DNA of 64,000 bases from Octopus sinensis. Taxonomy: Eukaryota. Of the stretch, positions 13,202 through 26,713 are shown in pieces. The position numbers were made by a program, and so were the translations under genes. The DNA is taken from contig NC_043012.1 in the NCBI RefSeq assembly GCF_006345805.1, forward strand, positions 34,038,001 through 34,102,000. The letters run 5' to 3'. A model generated the notes under the pieces. The model worked only from the letters and a program-made list of their open reading frames with translations. It searched no databases and had not been told where the DNA came from. Within the stretch, counting starts at the first letter, position 1. Every line of letters starts with the position of its first letter.

Positions 13202-13883
13202 ACATCTTACCCTGAAGGTTTTATTTTGTGTTTGGTTTCTATGGCTGGATGCCTTTTCTAACTTTAGAGGATGCATTTTATCTTGGAACCAATACTAGAG
13301 AGTGTAATGGGTAGTAAAAGATGGATCAAGAGTAGATCTGATGAGGTGCTTCCCCTCTCCCTGCTACTGATGTTGTCCAAGAGAAAGACAACCAATACAG
13401 CTTGGCACCAATGACGTCACAACTCATTTCTACAACCGAGTGAACTGGAGCAATGTGAAATAAAGTGTCTTGCTCAAGAACTCAACACACAACCCAATCC
13501 AGGAATCGAACTCACTACCTCATGATTGTGAGCCTGGCACTCTAACCACTGAACCATGTGCCTTCACATGAAGGATTAGATATCTAACAAATCAAACTCC
13601 CAGTCAGATTCTACAATTGTCAAGTCAACCTTGTAGTCGTCCTCCCAGACACCAGCCTCTGAATACAAGATACTGCACACCAGACATTGTAGCCCAACCA
13701 CTGCACTGACCACAGTACCCCAGACACTCTACTTTAGTCTGTAAGACACAAACTAAAATTTGACTGACCAAGCTCTTTTTTTATACAGAAATGTTCCTCA
13801 AAGTTGCTGTTAATGAAATAAATTTAAAAAAGAGAAAAACAAACAGTATTTTGAAATAACTGTTGGTATTTCTGCCTATTTAG

Positions 13884-13948
13884 GGAGTTCCAGAACCTGC
13901 CGTCAAGATTAAAATGCAACAGGAAGGGCTGAATCCAAGCTTATTAGA
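13884..13948 (+). CDS. WASHC3: WASHC3 exon 5
   Basis: tag|GVPEPAVKIKMQQEGLNPSLL(GA)|gtaagt; 65 nt, ends in phase 2. Confidence 0.93.
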
Positions 13949-14085
13949 GTAAGTACCCTCATACATTCACATCAGTGCATTACAAAAAATTGCCATTGTT
14001 TAGAATTGAAATAATTTTGTGAAAAATTTTCATTTTGTTTAGTAATTAATTAAAGCAATTAAAATACTTCAATTTGTCATTTCAG

Positions 14086-14182
14086 TGATCCAAAGGCTCC
14101 AGCTCCCCCTGGTGGAAGTGGTGATGATGACGATTCCAGCAAAGACAATGATTCTAGTGATAGCGATGACTTCAGTGATTAA
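14086..14182 (+). CDS. WASHC3: WASHC3 exon 6 (last coding exon)
   Basis: cag|T completes Asp, then DPKAPAPPGGSGDDDDSSKDNDSSDSDDFSD*. The six exons total 633 nt (210 aa plus stop) and all phases are consistent. Confidence 0.92.
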
Positions 14183-17039
14183 ATTGTCGGGCAGGCGGAA
14201 TACACCGACCTTGTGATAATTCTGATCTTTACTGACCCATGATATACCAAAGTAGACGATGCCTCACCCTCCACATTGAACTGGTTTGAAAAACATGCAA
14301 GGATTTGGAGAAAATGTCACTTTATTTTTCATTTTATTATTTCTTTGTCGTATATGCTATGCCATATATGGTAAACCTCTTGGCAGTTTCTTATTGTTAG
14401 TAGTAATAGTAGAAGTAGTATTAGAGAGTGACTGGTCAAAATTGGTAGAGCACCACACAAGTTGCTCTCTGGTATTTAGTTTCATTCCCTTTAAGACATC
14501 AAATCCCATACAGGTTAGTAAATTCCAGGCAAATACTGGGGAGTGAAGGTGAGGTCAATATAACCCTGTGTTCCTCTCCAAATATATTTGTCTCGCTGCC
14601 AATGTAAAAAACAGCTATTACCACTACTACTACTACTACTAAAAGCATTAGATTGGCAGAATCATTAGGGCATCAGACAAAATGCTTTGTAATGCATATT
14701 CTGGATCTTTGATTCTGAGTTCAAATCCCACAGAGGTCAACTTTGCCTTTCACCCGCCAAGCTTAAGAACTGGGGCTAATGGTGTTAAACCCTCGCCCTC
14801 CTCCAAATTGTGGCCTCGTCCCACTTAAGAAACCATCATTATTATTTTCATCATTAAGGCAGTGTGCTGGCAGAATCATTAGCATACTATGCAAAATGCT
14901 TAGTGATATTTTGTCTGCTTTTATTTTATGTTCTGAGTTCAAATTCCACCAGGGTCGACTTTGCCTTTCATCTTTCCAGGATTGATAAAATAACTACCAC
15001 TTGAGCACTGAGGTCGATATAATTGACTTACCCACTTCCCACAAAATTGCTGGCCTTGTACCAAAATTTGAAATCGTTATTGTTATTATTTAGGCAGCAA
15101 ACTGGTAAAATTGTTAACATGATGGGAAAATTCCTTAGTATTTCATCTGTCTTCGTGTTCTGAGTTCAAATGCCACCAAGGTCACCTTTGCATATCATCC
15201 TTTCAGGATGATAAAATAAATACCAGTTGAGCACTGGAAGGTAATTGATTAGTTTGCTCCCCTCAAAATTTCTGGCCTTGTGCCTGGAGTAGAAAGTATT
15301 ATTCTTATTTCTAAAGACAGTGGATTGACAAAATACTCTTTATGTTCTGAGTTCAAATCTCAGTAAGGTTAATTTTGCTTTTCTTCCTTCTGAAGTTAAT
15401 AAAGTACCAGTCATGTGCTGGGTTCAATATAATCAACTGACACCCTATCCCCCACCATTTCAGGCCTTATACCTATGTTAATACCTTGTGTTATTTGTTA
15501 CATCCCTATATATGTAGAAAATAGGGTGGGGATAAGTTTCATTTAATTATAGGGATTTTAATTAACTGTAGTCCCTCCTGTCTGAAATGTGTAGCCGTAT
15601 GACTATATTGGAAAGTGGTGGTCGTGGTGGAGTGACGGAAGCAGGAGAGCGTCAGTTGTTTAGTTGTGACACTTTGTTCAAATCCTGCTGAAGTCAAACT
15701 TTTCATCCTTCCAGAGTTGATAAACTACCTGTCATATACTGGGGATCAATATTGTCACTTCTGCCTTTAACCCCAAGATTTCAGACTGTGTGTCTATGTA
15801 AGAGATTATTATTAAGGGCAGTGGATTGGGCAAATCACGAGAGCACCAACTAAAATATCCTGGAATATTACAACTGTTGATATTCTGAGTTCCACAGGGT
15901 TCGTTTAATATTCCTCTGAAGCTGCCAAGATGCAAAGGAAACTGTACAGAAATATTCCTGTTCTCTTCGTTGTTGTTGTTCCATTCCTATATTTTTATAT
16001 CAGACACATTGTATAAATATCTCTGGAAACAAAATCGCAAAAGTCTAAAAACTATATTTTTTCGTTTGTTATTCTTTGTTGAAATTCTATTTTGGTTGTT
16101 TCTGATTCTCTCTTTGACATGAAATTCTTATTCCAGCTGTATTATTTTTCAAGATAAATTGCTATTTTTACTCTTTAGCATTTAAACTGGCCCCTATATC
16201 CAGCCAAAATATTCTGTTTGTTTTATGTTGAAACTGGCCCCTCACACCAACCCTACAATATCATTGTAACAATTAAGTTACCCCATCAAAATCTCAAGAC
16301 TACAAGATAAGGCACGATTCATTCAAAATGAATCATCATCATTTAACGTCCGTTTTCCATGCTAGCATGGGTTGGACGGTTCAACCGGGGTCTGGGAAGC
16401 CAGGAGGCTGCACCAGGCTCCAGTCTGATCTGGCAGAGTTTCTACAGCTGGATGCCCTTCCTAACGCCAACCACTCCATAAGTGTAGTGGGTGCTTTTTA
16501 CATGCCACCAGCACAGGTGCCAGGGGAGGCTGACAACAACCACGATCGGTTGGTGCCTTTTACGTGCCACCAGCATGGAATATTGCCACAGAACAATCTG
16601 AATGCTAAAGAGTTAAGATTTCTAATTTATATTCAGCATCCAATAATTGATTGTAAGACAAAAGTTCAATGTTGTTTCTCAGTAGAACTGCAATTTGTCC
16701 AGGGCCAAGATATTTCATTCTTAAATAGCTCACCTGTAATATACTTATCATGAGGTAGCACTGTAAACTTGAGTGATTTGTTAACTCACTTTTAGTAGAA
16801 AACAGAGAGGGGTGAAATTAGAAATATTAAATTTCTAAATATCTCAGAGAGATATGAGCAGTGGTGGAGCGATAGAGCGGTTGTATACTGTCATCTTAAC
16901 GTGACAGTTCCGTAAAGGGGATCACACCACCGCTATTTAGCCCCAGGAAGCATCGACGCTTCCTGTCGGCCTTGACACATTTCCTGTGTCCTTATATTAG
17001 CGAAGGGGAGACAAGCACCCCCACTAGCGAGGGCCTGCA

Positions 17040-17085
17040 CCTAGAGACATGCTGGTTTCTGAGTCTTGCTCGTCATCAGTCTAGG
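17040..17085 (-). ncRNA. Type I hammerhead ribozyme motif
   Basis: CCTAGA-CTGATGA-CGAG caaga CTCA-GAAAC cagcat GTC-TCTAGG: perfect 6-bp stem I, intact core, GUC cleavage triplet. Confidence 0.75.
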
Positions 17086-17581
17086 GTAGCCAGTCCTGCT
17101 AGTTGAGATGTTTGCCAAGCCTCTGCAAATATATATATTTTCAGTGAAATCTATTCACTGATCACCAAAATTAGAAATATAAAATTTCTAAGTGTCTCAT
17201 GAATCTGATCAAGCTATACCAGCTGAAGATGAAATTTCTAGAGGTGTGCAGGTCTAACATTGTGGATTTGGGAACTGACTACTACAAACATGGTCATCCG
17301 ATTTTGTTGAAAAAGTAGCCAAATTTCCCTCACATAAAAACTGTAAAAACACAGTGGAAAACGTAGTTTTAAATACCCTTAAACAGATGAACTAGTCATG
17401 GCTGGAACGTCTTTGCTGAATCCTTGAATATGAAAAGACTACAAATTCTTACAAGGTTTTACACAAAGTAACCGCTTCTACAGAACTTATGGTAACCTTC
17501 TGTAGTTCCTGAACCTAACACTCGATTTGTAGCTCTGTGGACAGGTCCATCGAGAATTAAAGGGAAACAAATCTTAGAACA

Positions 17582-17809
17582 TTAACCCTTTTTTTACCAT
17601 ATTTCTGTTGAGATGCTCTGTGTTTCTTTCAATTACTTTAAATATAACAAAGAATTTAGTAAAATAACTTAGTCATCATTAAGCTAGTGTTGGGAACATA
17701 AATTGTGACTATGGTTTCATGGAAGATTTTAATTCAAAACTTATGAAAACAAGACATTTTACCACAGAGCCAGAGCCGGTTTCAGCTGGGTGAGTATCAA
17801 AAGGGTTAA
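17582..17809. mobile_element. piggyBac-like MITE (TTAA-CCC...GGG-TTAA)
   Basis: TTAA at both ends with CCCT/AGGG termini. A second copy at 35778-36280 is interrupted by an RTE tail. Confidence 0.7.
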
Positions 17810-19084
17810 CTGTAAATCTGTTTTATCAACATTGATATAATTAATGATTAATGCAATTTACTTTCATTATATCATAATTGTATTAATGTCCACTTTTCCA
17901 TGATTGCATGAATTAGAGTTTACAGAGGCCATAAAATCTACAGCCAGACCTGTTGCCAATCCTCACCTGTTTCCAAGCAAGGTAATATTTCCCCATGGCC
18001 AAAAGTCTTTTCACAAAATCTTGCAAATGAATGAAACTGCTTGTATGATGACGACACTCGTTTACAACTATCAGACAATGTCAAAATAAGACTCGCACAC
18101 ACACACACAAGATGGTATAAATGACAAGGGAACAAGAAATTATGTAATGAACTTCATTAGCTTATAGCAGAAACAGCTGTAGGCTAATTAAAGTTCATTA
18201 CATAAATTTCCTGTTACCTTGCTATTTATATAAACCTCTTACTGTGTTTTGCACTCACACTTTTCTCTGAAGCATGTTTATTGAGTAACACCAGGTTATT
18301 AGTATCAATGTTATACATATATATGACAATTTGTTAGCAAATCCACTCATAAGGCTTCAATCGGCCCAGAGATACAGTAGAAGACACTTGCCCAATGTAC
18401 TACAAGTGGGGTTGAACCCAAAATCACGTCAGGAAGCAAGCTTCACAGCCACGTCTGCACCTATTTTATACACATAAGTACACCTATACACATGAATGTC
18501 TACATTGGTTCATTTACATAGCACCACTAAACAACCTATAAATATCAGAGGCAGGGGCAACAAGGTGGGGGTGGGAATGGCCTTATCAATGGAAGGAAGA
18601 AAAAGAAATGCTGTGATTGTTTAGCCCAAGGCCAGCACTGATCCAGGTGACCTGTCAACAATGAAGAGATTCAATGAGGCCAAAATGACAGAATATTGAA
18701 TACGAAAAATATATAATTAGCCCAAAGGGAAGCAACTCAAATGGGCCAGGGACATCAACTTGTACAAGTAATGTACTGAATGTTGTATGCAATGGATTTT
18801 GAAGTTAAATTTCCGATTGGAGAAACAGGATAAAGACCTAGCGGCAATTGTTAATGACTTGGAAAGACAATGAGTTATAAATTCTGAAAATCAAAAATAT
18901 ATCACTCCAAGTAAGTTTACAAGGGAAGGACACAGGCAAGGGGGAACAACTATGGACATGTTTCAGTCTATTAGACTTCATCCGTTGATCAGTTGAAAAA
19001 AAAATTTTCCCTTAGATCCTTTTGATTTTTAATTATGCAATGTATACCAGTCATAAATAGTTCTGAAATCATAAAAACATGATT

Positions 19085-19308
19085 TTAACCCCTTAGCATT
19101 CAAATTACTTTGTCAAATATAATGTTTATTTATTCACATGGTTTTGAATTAATCGTACATTAAAACATTAATTTGAGGCTTTGATAATGTGATTATGTAT
19201 TTCCTGAATAACATTGTAGGATATGTGTGAGAGGCTGGATCTTACCTTTCTGAATGTAAAACAGGATATTTGGGCCAAATGTGGCCTGTTTAAATACTAA
19301 AGGGTTAA
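19085..19308. mobile_element. Second piggyBac-like MITE family
   Basis: ttaaccccttagcatt...tactaaagggttaa. A related copy at 25471-26069 carries an RTE tail insertion. Confidence 0.65.
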
Positions 19309-19373
19309 ATAGTGTAACACGAAACAAAAACACAACAACCGAATATCATCCATTTGTTTGAATGTTTTACTTT

Positions 19374-19379
19374 TTTATT
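19374..19379 (-). terminator. Candidate distal polyadenylation signal of CSTF3 (3' UTR about 3.3 kb)
   Basis: AATAAA on the minus strand with a GU/U-rich tract (ggttgttgtgtttttgttt, 19340-19322) about 34 nt downstream and TGTA motifs upstream. Confidence 0.4.
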
Positions 19380-21204
19380 CCATCAGAATATGAAACCAGC
19401 AGAACTTTTTTTTTTATAATCTGTTGATTTTTTTTTCCTTCAAAATTACAATGAATCCATGAATATTTACATATGGACAATTTATAAAATGTAAAAAAAA
19501 AAGGAACAAGTGGATAGGTCAGCCAGACAATGAACTTGTTAACATAAAGAAATATTGCTCTGTTTGGATTTTAAATAAGTATAAAAGACATTAAAATAAT
19601 AGAGTTAACCACAGTTAATTGGGGTGGGGGGAGATCTCATTTAAAGCTTATGGAAAGCACCTCCCAGCCCCTTAAAAAAATATAGAATTTAATAAGAAAT
19701 TATTACAAACAAGAACACTTATTTCTAAAAGGGTCATAAACTTAACACATGAGACTGATGGTCATCCCCACCTCAACATCAACTAAATATTTTATTCTTC
19801 CTCCCTATGAAGGGTGTGACTAGCAGACTTTTTGTTCATAATAGACTGAAGCATTGTAAGTAGTAGTAAAGGGCCAAAAATTGGCAGAGTCATTAGGGCA
19901 CCAAACAGAATGCCTTTGAATAATAATAATAATAATAATTATTATCATTATTATTATTATTTCAGATTCAGGCACAAGGCCAGTGATTTTGAGGGAAGGG
20001 GTTTCATTCATACTATCACCCTTAGTACTTTATGATTGGTACTTTACTTTGTCAATCCTGAAAGGATGAAAGGCAAAGTTGACCATGGCAGGATTTGAAC
20101 TTAGAATATAAAGAATTAGAAGAAATATTTGCAAGGCATTCCCCCCTCCCCATATGCTCTAACAGTTCTGCCAACATAGCACTTAATAATAATAATGGTT
20201 TCTAATTAAGGTAGAAGACCAGTAATATTGAGGGAAGGGGAGTAAGTCAATGCCATCAATCCACCCTCCCACCCGTCCCCAGTACTTGACTGGTACTTTA
20301 TTTTATCAACCTTGAAAGGTTTTGAAAGGCAAAGTTGACCCAAGCTGGAAATGAATCCAGAATGTAAAGAACTGAAAGAAATATCACAAGGTCGTTTTTA
20401 CAATGTTGTAGCAATTCTAGGATTCTGTGATGCTCATGAGGTTTCTAAGAGCATCAGTAACAAAAGGGAAAGGGTTCCAATTTGGAACCATTTAAAGTAA
20501 AAAGAAAACAAAATAAATTCATTCTGTTGAAACAATTTCGTTTCAGAAAAAAATAAAAGAGGAGAAAATCAATTTAGTGCCAAGTGGACAGGTAGATGGG
20601 AGGATTTTACATTTAATTTAAGATAACGAAGTTGAAAAATCAATCTTTCCATTTCATTAAAATTTCTCAGAGATTTCTTCAAAGGAGGTGAGTAAAATTG
20701 AAGACTGTTGGGAAGATGCAGAAATTGAAAAAAAATCTATTGTTGTTTCCTTTAGGGATGTTACCATAGAAGATTGGCAGAGGATACCAAAAATTTGTAA
20801 AATATCGTGGGTAGAGTTGACTGAAGTGGAGTAAATTCCATTGCAAATCTGTGGATGACGAGCCAAGTTGAGCCCAGAAGATTTTTCAGTGAAAGTGGAG
20901 GACAGAGAAATACTGTCGGGTATATTTGTTCCATTGTTCCACTGTCTCTGTCATCTCTATCACCAACCTCTTATAGAGAATGTCTTTTGATTTACACATC
21001 ATAAAGGAAGAATTAATATAGACGAAATATGAAAAAATATAAATAATAAACTTTAATAATGTCAGTAGTGTTGGCTTAAAAGAAATAGAGAGGAGCGGGG
21101 GTGAGTTTGAGAAAAGTAAACTGAATATTTAATAAGGAATACTTCTGAGGAGGCACAAAGTCAATTATTGTACCTAGAGGATATATCTATGTGTAGGCAC
21201 ACAA

Positions 21205-21247
<43 letters not shown>

Positions 21248-21858
21248 CACACACACAAACAACTCAATAAATCCCAATACATAACTGGTATTGTATCAAG
21301 CCACAGAAGGGGTGAGTGAAAGGAAAACCGATTCCCTTGCCTTCCTCCAGCAGAATCTAAGAAGGGACAAAACTAAAGAATGCAAGACATTCCAATTCCA
21401 GTTCAGTGACCAATCCATCATTGAACCTTGGCACCACTATTTACTCACCCCCACACACACCCATGCACTCAATAATGGTCTTTGGAAGATCGTACTGTTT
21501 AAATGCTAGCAAGCAGGAAAAAAAAATCTTTGTAGTTGTTTTGGGGGGGTGAGGTGGAGATTTGAGAAGTGGGGTGGACAAATAAAGAAAAGGTATGGAG
21601 GCTGTTTTGTTTTTATTGGTGTCTAATGTGCAACAACATTAACAATGAAACAATCCATCCAAGCTCGCTGATCACAGTAGCCCATGTTTATTTCATACAT
21701 GCACACACACACACACACACACATACACACACACACACACAGCAGCAGCAGCAGTGGTCAAAGTCAGTCATCCTAAAGAGGTAGTATGTTTAACTTCATA
21801 AAAAATTCAGTTCTAGCATCCTCTTTTCAAGTGACAGTAATACATACATACAATTATT

Positions 21859-21891
<33 letters not shown>

Positions 21892-22626
21892 ATATATATA
21901 TATACATACACACAGGTACACATGTATGTATGTGTTGAACAAACTGCTAAGATCCCAGAGGAAGCAGGTTTGACCACAATGGAGATATTGAATTTGTGTT
22001 TTGTTTTTTTGTTTTTTTAATTTTCTTTACAGTAATATAAAAAGAATAAACCAGTAAGGTTTGATGTGGCTGGCCAAAAATATCAAATGATGATGATGGT
22101 GTTGAAGATGATGATGATGTTGATGGTGATGATGACAACGACAATGTTAGATGAGCTGGTGTGTTTGTAAGTTAGACAAGAGTAACAGTTGTCAATGAGG
22201 ATTAGACACAGAGCGATTGAGGCAAACAATGCGCATCAGAAACAAGATGGAGATGAAGCTGAACAAAACTGATCCCAGATAAATTTGAGGGGAACCAAAA
22301 AAAAAAAAGTGGGGTCAACAGAGATGATAAGACAGAAATGGATTGAAAATGACATTAAATGTTGACAAAATGTCGGCTACAAATTATACATACATACACA
22401 TATGTATATATACAAATATATATTACACACACACACCACACATGCATATATGTGTAAATTAGATGGAGTTTTAGGAGATGTTTAGAAAAGGCTAAGCTGG
22501 AAATGACATGAGTTGTTAATGAGGGTGAAGTGAGCAGGTGAGTTGCCAGCAATAATGAGATAGAATTTAGCAAGTTGCCAATAAAGTTTACAAGAGATGA
22601 AGTGATGGCTAGCAGGAGGGAGGTTC

Positions 22627-22832
22627 TCATTTCACTCGTTTCTGCTGTCGACTGCGATAAATGTCATGAAGTGGGGGTTCCAACATCTCAGAATTTTCTT
22701 CATCGCTTTCTTCCCCAACCTCTGTGGTTATTTCTGCTTTGCGTTTCCTCACACCTGTAGCAATCTCTATTGATATTAAGGTTCCAGGGTCAATCTTGGA
22801 AGATTCCATTCCATTTTCTATAACAACAGGTT
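22627..22832 (-). CDS. CSTF3: CstF-77 last coding exon
   Basis: cag|..PVVIENG...EESDEENSEMLEPPLHDIYRSRQQKRVK*; matches the conserved C-terminus PPVHDIYRARQQKR. Confidence 0.95.
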
Positions 22833-23596
22833 CTGCAAAGATAAACATAAAAAATTTTTTTAATATAAAAATAAAAAGGCAAAGGAAGCAAAGTAGCCAA
22901 AACCAGAGGCACATGAAAAGCTCCTTTCAAGTGTTGGGCCTCATGGAGGCAATGACAAATGACCGAGACCTTTGGCATTATGTCAGGCTTGAGAAGAAGA
23001 CCCACCAAGTCCAGTAAAACCGCAGTCATGGCAGACACTGGCATCATGCAGATGGCACCTGTGCCAGTGGTACATAAAAGCACCCATTACATTCTCAGAG
23101 TGGTTGGCACTAGGGAAGGCATCCAGCTGTGGAAACATGCCAAGTCAGACTGGAGTCTGGTGCAGCCTCCCAGCTGGCCAACCTGGTCAAACTGGATTTG
23201 TATAAAGGACACACACACAGACAGACATTTTGCCGTTTATATATAGAGGGATTGAAGAGGGGCACAGGAGGATGAAGAAAACACTGACCGATGGAACTAA
23301 ATGTCAAAGGTGATAAATTCCACCGATTGACCACTGATTTATTGAGTGGACTGTAGCCATGCTGTGGCATTATCATCATATTTGCCTTCTCAGGCTTACT
23401 TATAAAAACGAAATATTTTAAACCACTCAACCAAGAATTTGGATGGGAGCTGAATCTTGCTAATTAATAATTAATGAAATACAATAATTACAGTCTAACA
23501 ATGCAACAGAATAAAATGTAGAAATAATTTAATAAGAAACAAATAAAGCAAAAAAGATAAAGAAATATAAAAATGAAGAATTATAATGGAACTTAC

Positions 23597-23657
23597 CGTC
23601 AGGTAAAGTGACATTTGTGATGTGTTTGATAAACTGATCTATCATAACAAAGGGACC
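23597..23657 (-). CDS. CSTF3: CstF-77 exon
   Basis: cag|GPFVMIDQFIKHITNVTLPD(G)|gtaagt; 61 nt. Confidence 0.92.
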
Positions 23658-24182
23658 CTGAAATATAGAAACATTTATAGATTTATATATGAAATATATA
23701 TATATACTGTGTTTTAATATTTTGCTTAGGTGCTGTGATATTGATAACCTGGTGTAGAACTCAATATACAAAGTGATAGTCAAGTGCAGTTTGGTAATAA
23801 GAAAAGAGATGACAAAGGAATAAACAATCCTTTTATGAACTTCATTAGCTTACAGTTGTTTCTGCTATGAGATGTGGTGGACTCATAGCTGAGTGCCTGA
23901 GTTACACCTTACAGTTTCAGACATAAGCAAGTGAAGTTCATAAAATGATTGTTCATTCCTTTGCCGTACCTTTACTCATATGCACTGAAAATTTCCTGGT
24001 TTTAAAGGTATCATGAAAGGCCTCTGGAGACCCAACGTTCTGAGTTCTTTTGCAGGGCTGAGAAAAACTGGACCGTTGCAATAAGTGTACAAATCTGAGA
24101 GGGGAATATGTTGAATAAAATCATAATTAACTGATCCTCCTGTACTTTCTTTTACCCAAAGCCAGGAAGTTTTCAACACCCC

Positions 24183-24225
<43 letters not shown>

Positions 24226-24704
24226 CACATATATACATACTGAAATAGAGTTATAAGAATTGACATGTGAGAGAGACAGAAAGACATAAAACATGAATGT
24301 GAAGGAGGAGAGATACAGTTTGTAGACAGAGACCCCTTAGGTTAAGAAGTTCACTTTGTAATATAACAGAATCGGGGTTTAATTCCAGATTACATATCCT
24401 CTACTATCATTTTGGCTCAACCCAAATCATTTAAGTGAATTGGTCAACAATAACTGAACGCATGTCTACAGCAGGTCCTACACGGCTTGGGAAGCAGGAG
24501 GGACCACTTGTCTTTAATTTATTTTATCAAACTCAGAAGGATGAAAAAAGTAAGGTTTCCTTTTGTCGGATGTGGACTTATAATGTAAAGAGGCCAAGTC
24601 GGATATTACAAGGAACTTTGTCTTTTGCTTTTTCTGATTCTGTCAATCCACTGGTTTCAAATTTTGGCACAAGGCCAGCAAGTCAGGGGAGGAGGCTAGT
24701 TGAT

Positions 24705-24750
<46 letters not shown>

Positions 24751-25152
24751 TGCAAGTATGTATGCATACATATATACGTATATTACATACAATACCTCAT
24801 TAATTATATAACAGCACTGCTTGACACAGTCTATCTTTGGTATGGTAAAAACAAAACATTGCACATACCAAACTACCTAAAGTACACGAAATGGTAAAGT
24901 GTAATGAAAGCATTCATTAAAATAATAGTAAATAATTTCTTCATTTGCTATAAGGGGATAATGACAGCTGCAGCAGCAGCATCACTGCCGTCATCGTCGT
25001 CATCAGAGTAATCTTATGTTGGCCTTCATTGACAATAATCTTAGTTGTTTTCTATTGCAAGTGGAGTAAAAGTTGACGACTATTGAGGTTAGAGACTCGG
25101 TGAATATATATCGTTAAGAACGTCACAAGAACAAATAAGATCAGCAACTTAC

Positions 25153-25247
25153 ATGGAAACAATTTGGTGGCGGTAACAAGGTAAGGAGGTGTGCAGCCGC
25201 TGGTGGGGGAGGGAAAACTCCACCTGGCATGGGATGAGCACCTGAAG
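25153..25247 (-). CDS. CSTF3: CstF-77 exon
   Basis: cag|(P)[31 protein letters not shown]|gtaagt; 95 nt. Confidence 0.93.
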
Positions 25248-26562
25248 CTGAAGAACAAAGAGAACAGTTCAAAAGTCAACAGAAAGCAGCAGGATTCTTA
25301 TTGTTGCTTTTTGGTTTGATATATATTTTTTTCTTAATTTTTTTTGACAGACATCTGCCAACAACCATCTGACACAGTTAAGCAAAATAGTATGGAGGTT
25401 CGTTACAGTGATTTATAAGTTCACTGGAGTAATTAGATGCTGTTCCTACAGCCAAAAATTAAACCACAGTTTAACCCTTTAACATTTTTATGCTTATTCA
25501 TTCATATTATTGCCAGAGCGGCTAACTTTGCCAGAGCAGCTAACTTGCCAGAGCAGCTAACTGGGTTCCGTGCCGGTGGCATGTAGGAGGCACCATTCGT
25601 GCGGGATTGTTACCAGCATCACCTTACTGGCAACTGTGCCATTGGCATGTACAAAAAAAAAAATTCAACGTTGCCAGTACCGCCTGACTGGTCCCTGTGC
25701 CGGTGGCACGTAAAAGCACCCACTACACTCTCGGAGTGGTTGGCATTAGGAAGGGCATCCAGCTGTAGCAACTCTGCCAGATCAAGACTGGAGCCTGGTG
25801 CAGCCATCTGGTTCGCCAGCCCTCAGTCAAACCGTCCAACCCATGCTAGCATGGAAAGCGGACGTTAAACGATGATGATGATGATGATGATATTGAATTG
25901 ATCAAGCATTATTTCAAAGCTTCAAGATTTTGATGATGTGATTGCTTAATTTTAGAATATCATTGCAGGGTAAGTGTAATTTTAGAATATCATTGCTGGC
26001 CAGTTTGAGCATAAAACAAGCAGAGAATATTTTGGCCAGATATGGCCAGTTTAAATGCTAAAGGGTTAATAGAAGTGGAACCTATTGTTGCTGTTGTACG
26101 GCCAAGAAGCCTAAACTAAATTAGGTCCACGGCTCAAAGTTAGGTCATAATTTGAACTCAAGACCAACAATGTGTTCAGTAGTCTATCATTTCACTCACA
26201 CCCTTTCTCAGTGCCTCGGTGATATATCTCTTCAATTTGAGTTCACTTGGTAATACAAAAACAATAATAAAAATAAATGAAGGAGCTTAACCAATTTTTC
26301 ACATCACATAAATAAGAACACATTTGATAATATAGTCTTAGATACACTTATGTGTGAAAACAAAAAAGAAAAATTTCAAGTTCTGGAATAGATCCTTATA
26401 TATACTCAAATGAGAACTGACCTGGGGTTGAGCAGCAACAACCAAGAGACAATCATTAAAACAAAACAATTTTGTGGATTTCAATGAAGACTCATGCAAA
26501 GAAAAGGGGGAAAAAAAGGGCAATTTTCAAAGAAGGAATTTCAATTTCCCTAATCAACTTAC

Positions 26563-26713
26563 GAGGTAAAAGTCGAGGTTTATAAGGCAGCATTTGTTCA
26601 AGGTCAGGTTTGGGGTATTCTGGTCTCTTTCTGTTATCTTCTTCATCATTCCAGTTCCGAGGAATACATTCACCAGTTGAAGGGACTTGAGCTACGTGCA
26701 TTGAAGAAAAGTT
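26563..26713 (-). CDS. CSTF3: CstF-77 exon
   Basis: tag|NFSSMHVAQVPSTGECIPRNWNDEEDNRKRPEYPKPDLEQMLPYKPRLLP(C)|gtaagt; 151 nt. Confidence 0.9.

Noticed and set aside
20657-20960. Short ORFs in the region between WASHC3 and CSTF3
   Set aside because: No homology recognised and no splice-consistent exon chain; more likely CSTF3 3' UTR or intergenic.
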